This document shows positions 60,996 to 64,000 of a stretch of DNA of 64,000 bases, piece by piece (positions within the stretch are counted from its first letter, which is position 1; the number at the start of each line of letters is the position of its first letter). Position numbers and translations under genes: made by a program. Under the pieces are notes generated by a model that was not told the DNA's origin, ran no database searches, and saw only the letters and a program-made list of their open reading frames with translations. The stretch is from Basidiobolus meristosporus CBS 931.73 (taxonomy: Eukaryota; Fungi; Basidiobolomycota), in contig MCFE01000285.1 of the NCBI GenBank assembly GCA_002104905.1, positions 1-64,000 on the forward strand, in the 5' to 3' direction.

Positions 60996-63178
60996 TTAGC
61001 CCCTGCCAGAGCATACGGAGCTTGCTTGCGAGTTGGGGAATTCCTCTTCCAAACCTTTGCTGGGGCCCGAGCTATGGAAGATTTTGGGTCGATAGGAGGG
61101 GTCCTTTTCCATGACACTTCAACGAATCGAATTAGTTTGGCCGCATCGTATATGGGGTAGTTGCCATCCTTACCTGGAATTCCGAAACTTCTCGATCAGG
61201 GCGGCCTTTCCTTGGATGTTTGCGTACGAAATGTGACAGATTTTATCGGAATTGAAGCGACCCCTGTTTCAGCGTGTTACTACAAGTGATCTATGGGCCA
61301 TTCCTCATCACGTGAGCTCTTACCATTTACGACCCACTCGTTTCTCCACAAAGCTGACGACCGCGCTATGCATAAGAGTTAGGTGGGCTTCTGACACTGC
61401 TAAGTCTGAGGTGGCTTACTTGACGTCGATGAAGTTGATGAACGCGTATCCAACGTTGCAATGGTTCTTGAAGTCCATGCGGAGGTACACAAAGTCATAC
61501 TCTCCCTTGTGTGTCTCGTCAATACACTCCAGCAGCATTTTCTGGGGTGCTTGGTTATTTCATACCCGAGGCGGTGATTCTTGGAGGGACTTACCTGGGT
61601 GTACTTGTTAGGGATATTCCGAATCATAAACGTGGTCCTAGTGTCAAGCCCTAAATAAGGTGGTGTAAGTCGTGGTTTCCCGCAAATCCTTCACAAGACT
61701 TCGTGCTACCTTGTGCAACTTTCCAAATGTCAACCTGATTCCGGCTGGGGACCGCATTATCGCAGGAGCCAGCGTTGGAAGAAAATCTTGGCATTTTTGC
61801 CGAGAGCTTGGTGGAATCATCGTCCCAAGTGGTGTAAAGAGGCTTCCTTGCCATTGCAGATCGAAAGGCTTGACTTGGGCAGGAAGCACCTGAACGATAT
61901 ACGGGCCCTAAGGTAATGTTAGTGGAGGGGTATGACCGATAGAGTCCTTATGGCATTACCATTGTTCAGCATCGGCATGGTCTCTTCTTTCCATGCAGCA
62001 CAAGGCGAGTAACCCAAGCCAAAATCGAACCCCGGATCTCTGAAGAGCACCATTCTATCCATGAAATCTTCATCAGGGCAGAAGTTCACTTGATATTGAG
62101 TGTTCTGAGGATCGATTCGATGCAGTTTCTCCTCCGCTGCAACTGCATGTCTTATATCGTAGTACTCGATAACTATACTAGCTTTGTAAGGGAGCTGGCT
62201 GATCTCCCGGATCTCCCCACATGATTCTAGAATCAACTGCATGTTGGAGGTGAACTGGTTAGGAGGGCAAAACGACAGCAGGATTTTCCCATCCAGATCG
62301 TTGAACTCCTTGAAGGAGTTATGATGCTTGACTAGCTGCGAGACGCGGACAAAATTAACCGACGCTTGCTCTCCTTCGATTTGACCAGATCGCAAAAGTC
62401 GGACCGCTGCAATGGCATCTCGCAAATCGTAGTAGGCGATGATCACACCAAGATCATAGGCGCGCTCGGTAAACACTTGCCACACTTTGCCAGAATTCTA
62501 GAACGAAAGGTTTACTACTTGACAAGAGTGGCGTTCTGCTGCTCTGCAATGATTACCTTCAGAAGCTTCAACTCTTCAATGTCAATATCCTGGGGTAACG
62601 GGCTTACGGCAACAAAGTGGGTTGGTGTCAGACTATGGAAAGAGGATAGCTCTCGCATATCGGCTGCTTCGTTGCTACCCCATGCATTAGACGGTGTCGG
62701 ATTGCATCTACTCATTGGGCTCTCTAGGACAAACAATATCAGTTACATACTGGTCCTGGGTCTGAGAAGATTGCTGGTCACCAACCAAAGCCCCACTCAA
62801 ATGGACTATTTTCAGGATATCTAGGGGTTTTTGATCGGGTCGCATTTACTAGTGGAGAACCAGCATAAATCTTCGTTCTAGGGATCGGGTCGATGATAGG
62901 ATTGGGCAAGTAGGAGGAGCCAAACATCGGAGGCAGCTCAGAGGCGATACGTGTGTTCTATAGCCGCACAGTTAGAGAATCATCAGCATGGGAAAGCCAT
63001 CAAGACGGATTACCTGGGAGGCATCCTTTATCGGGTCCACCACTTTCTTGCCAACATTAGAGATGGTTGATACTAGTCGGAATTTTTCAGAGTCCGTTGT
63101 GGCTTTACTCTCGTTGTCTAGGACTACTTCTATGGGGGTATTCTGCAGGACTGTCTTTCCTGTAGCAGTCGCAAGCAT
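60996..63178 (-). CDS. mei2: Mei2-like RNA-binding protein (RRM1, RRM2, C-terminal Mei2-type RRM3), 10 exons, 556 aa predicted
   Basis: Exons 63178-63014, 62957-62786, 62723-62557, 62497-61960, 61907-61710, 61650-61595, 61541-61420, 61365-61324, 61263-61174 and 61116-60996 total 1671 nt in frame. All introns are GT-AG, 52-62 nt. Signature: DTRTTFMIRNIPNKYTQ...YDFVYLRMDFKNHCNVGYAFINF...SYANIQGK..LIEKFRNSSVM..DPSYRPKIF. The 5' exons are less certain. Confidence 0.93.
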
Positions 63179-63598
63179 TTTTGGTGGTTAGGAATGAAGA
63201 AGGAGGGGGTTAAATGCGATTGGTTTACACGAGAGCAAGTTACGTGTAGGATCAGACTTGAAAGGAGTCCCTCGCACCCAAGAATAGACAAGTCTAGAAA
63301 GAAGGAATAAATGAAAACCTGGAAGCGAGAGATCTTTTATAACACTATTCCTGGGAGGGAGCATAAATCAGGTTCTGCTGGGGAGCGCAATGAATGATCT
63401 CAGTCATCCTCATCTTTCTGTTGCAAACTGATTTTCAAGCCCGGTGGTTTATTGGCCGGCTATATGGGAGAAATCCGAAGCAGAGCCAGGATTGGTATCA
63501 TTTCCATAAGATTGCTTGATTGCTGCTTCACAGGCAGCGCAGAAATCCGCGGATCAAACTAAATGCCAGCATTCTCGTTTCTCCTTTACCCCCTATTC

Positions 63599-63994
63599 TC
63601 AGCCCCTTTTTTCTTCATTGGATTTCATCCGATAAAGAACAGGAATGAGGCAACGACTAGCACCCTTCACACCACTGGCGATCCCTGGGATCTTCTCCTC
63701 CTTTCTCCTCGACTGCTGCCACCTGCAAACCTCCAGCCTTGCCAGCCCCACGCTTCCTGTACTCCTGACCTGTGGTTTGATTATGTCCTCCGCGCACTGA
63801 GACAGGAATCCAATCGAGGTGACTTGCTCGCGCCAATGGGGGGCGGGTAAGGGCTGGATCATATGATGAATGCCATATGACAACTTCAACGGTGGTTGCT
63901 GATTCATATCCTCTAAGCTTAGATTGTATGCTGTATGGAGCTGGACCTCGCCATTGGCAACGGAGGTCCCCAGCATCCGATGTGTCTGTTGCAT
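63599..63994 (-). CDS. Possible exon(s) of an upstream minus-strand gene, or non-coding
   Basis: 131-codon open frame in CpG-normal DNA running to the window edge; no recognisable motif. Confidence 0.25.
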   Translation of the reverse strand: MQQTHRMLGTSVANGEVQLHTAYNLSLEDMNQQPPLKLSYGIHHMIQPLPAPHWREQVTSIGFLSQCAEDIIKPQVRSTGSVGLARLEVCRWQQSRRKEEKIPGIASGVKGASRCLIPVLYRMKSNEEKRG

Positions 63995-64000
63995 GTCGAT

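Noticed and set aside
62366-62824. 152-aa plus-strand ORF and other ORFs overlapping mei2
   Set aside because: Antisense to well-supported mei2 exons and introns.
63180-64000. Ste11 TR-box (TTCTTTGTTY) upstream of mei2
   Set aside because: No exact match seen on either strand within the window.

Overview
Eukaryotic DNA, almost certainly fungal (short GT-AG introns, a Mei2-type gene, chromovirus, Copia and CACTA-type elements). Positions 1 to ~60,600 are a deeply nested transposon block that is almost free of CpG. It contains: three related Copia-type LTR families with a half-tRNA(iMet) PBS (here A, F and a non-autonomous family H); a near-intact Ty3/Gypsy chromovirus (B, 41195-47961) with a Tf1-like self-priming PBS; TG..CA solo-LTR-like elements with 4-bp CG-centred TSDs (C, C2); two further Gypsy remnants (D, G); at least four derivatives of a CCCTA-ended CMC/CACTA-type DNA transposon (E) carrying a divergent accessory ORF; and two small TIR elements. 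At ~60.6 kb CpG abruptly returns and an intact 10-exon mei2-like gene (minus strand, 60996-63178, 556 aa by manual splicing) follows. The strongest leads are CG-centred target choice by C/C2, the cargo-bearing non-autonomous H element, self-priming in B, the two-gene CCCTA transposon with a matching mini-element, and context-biased CpG loss. Family letters are my own labels. Identities and counts are hand estimates.
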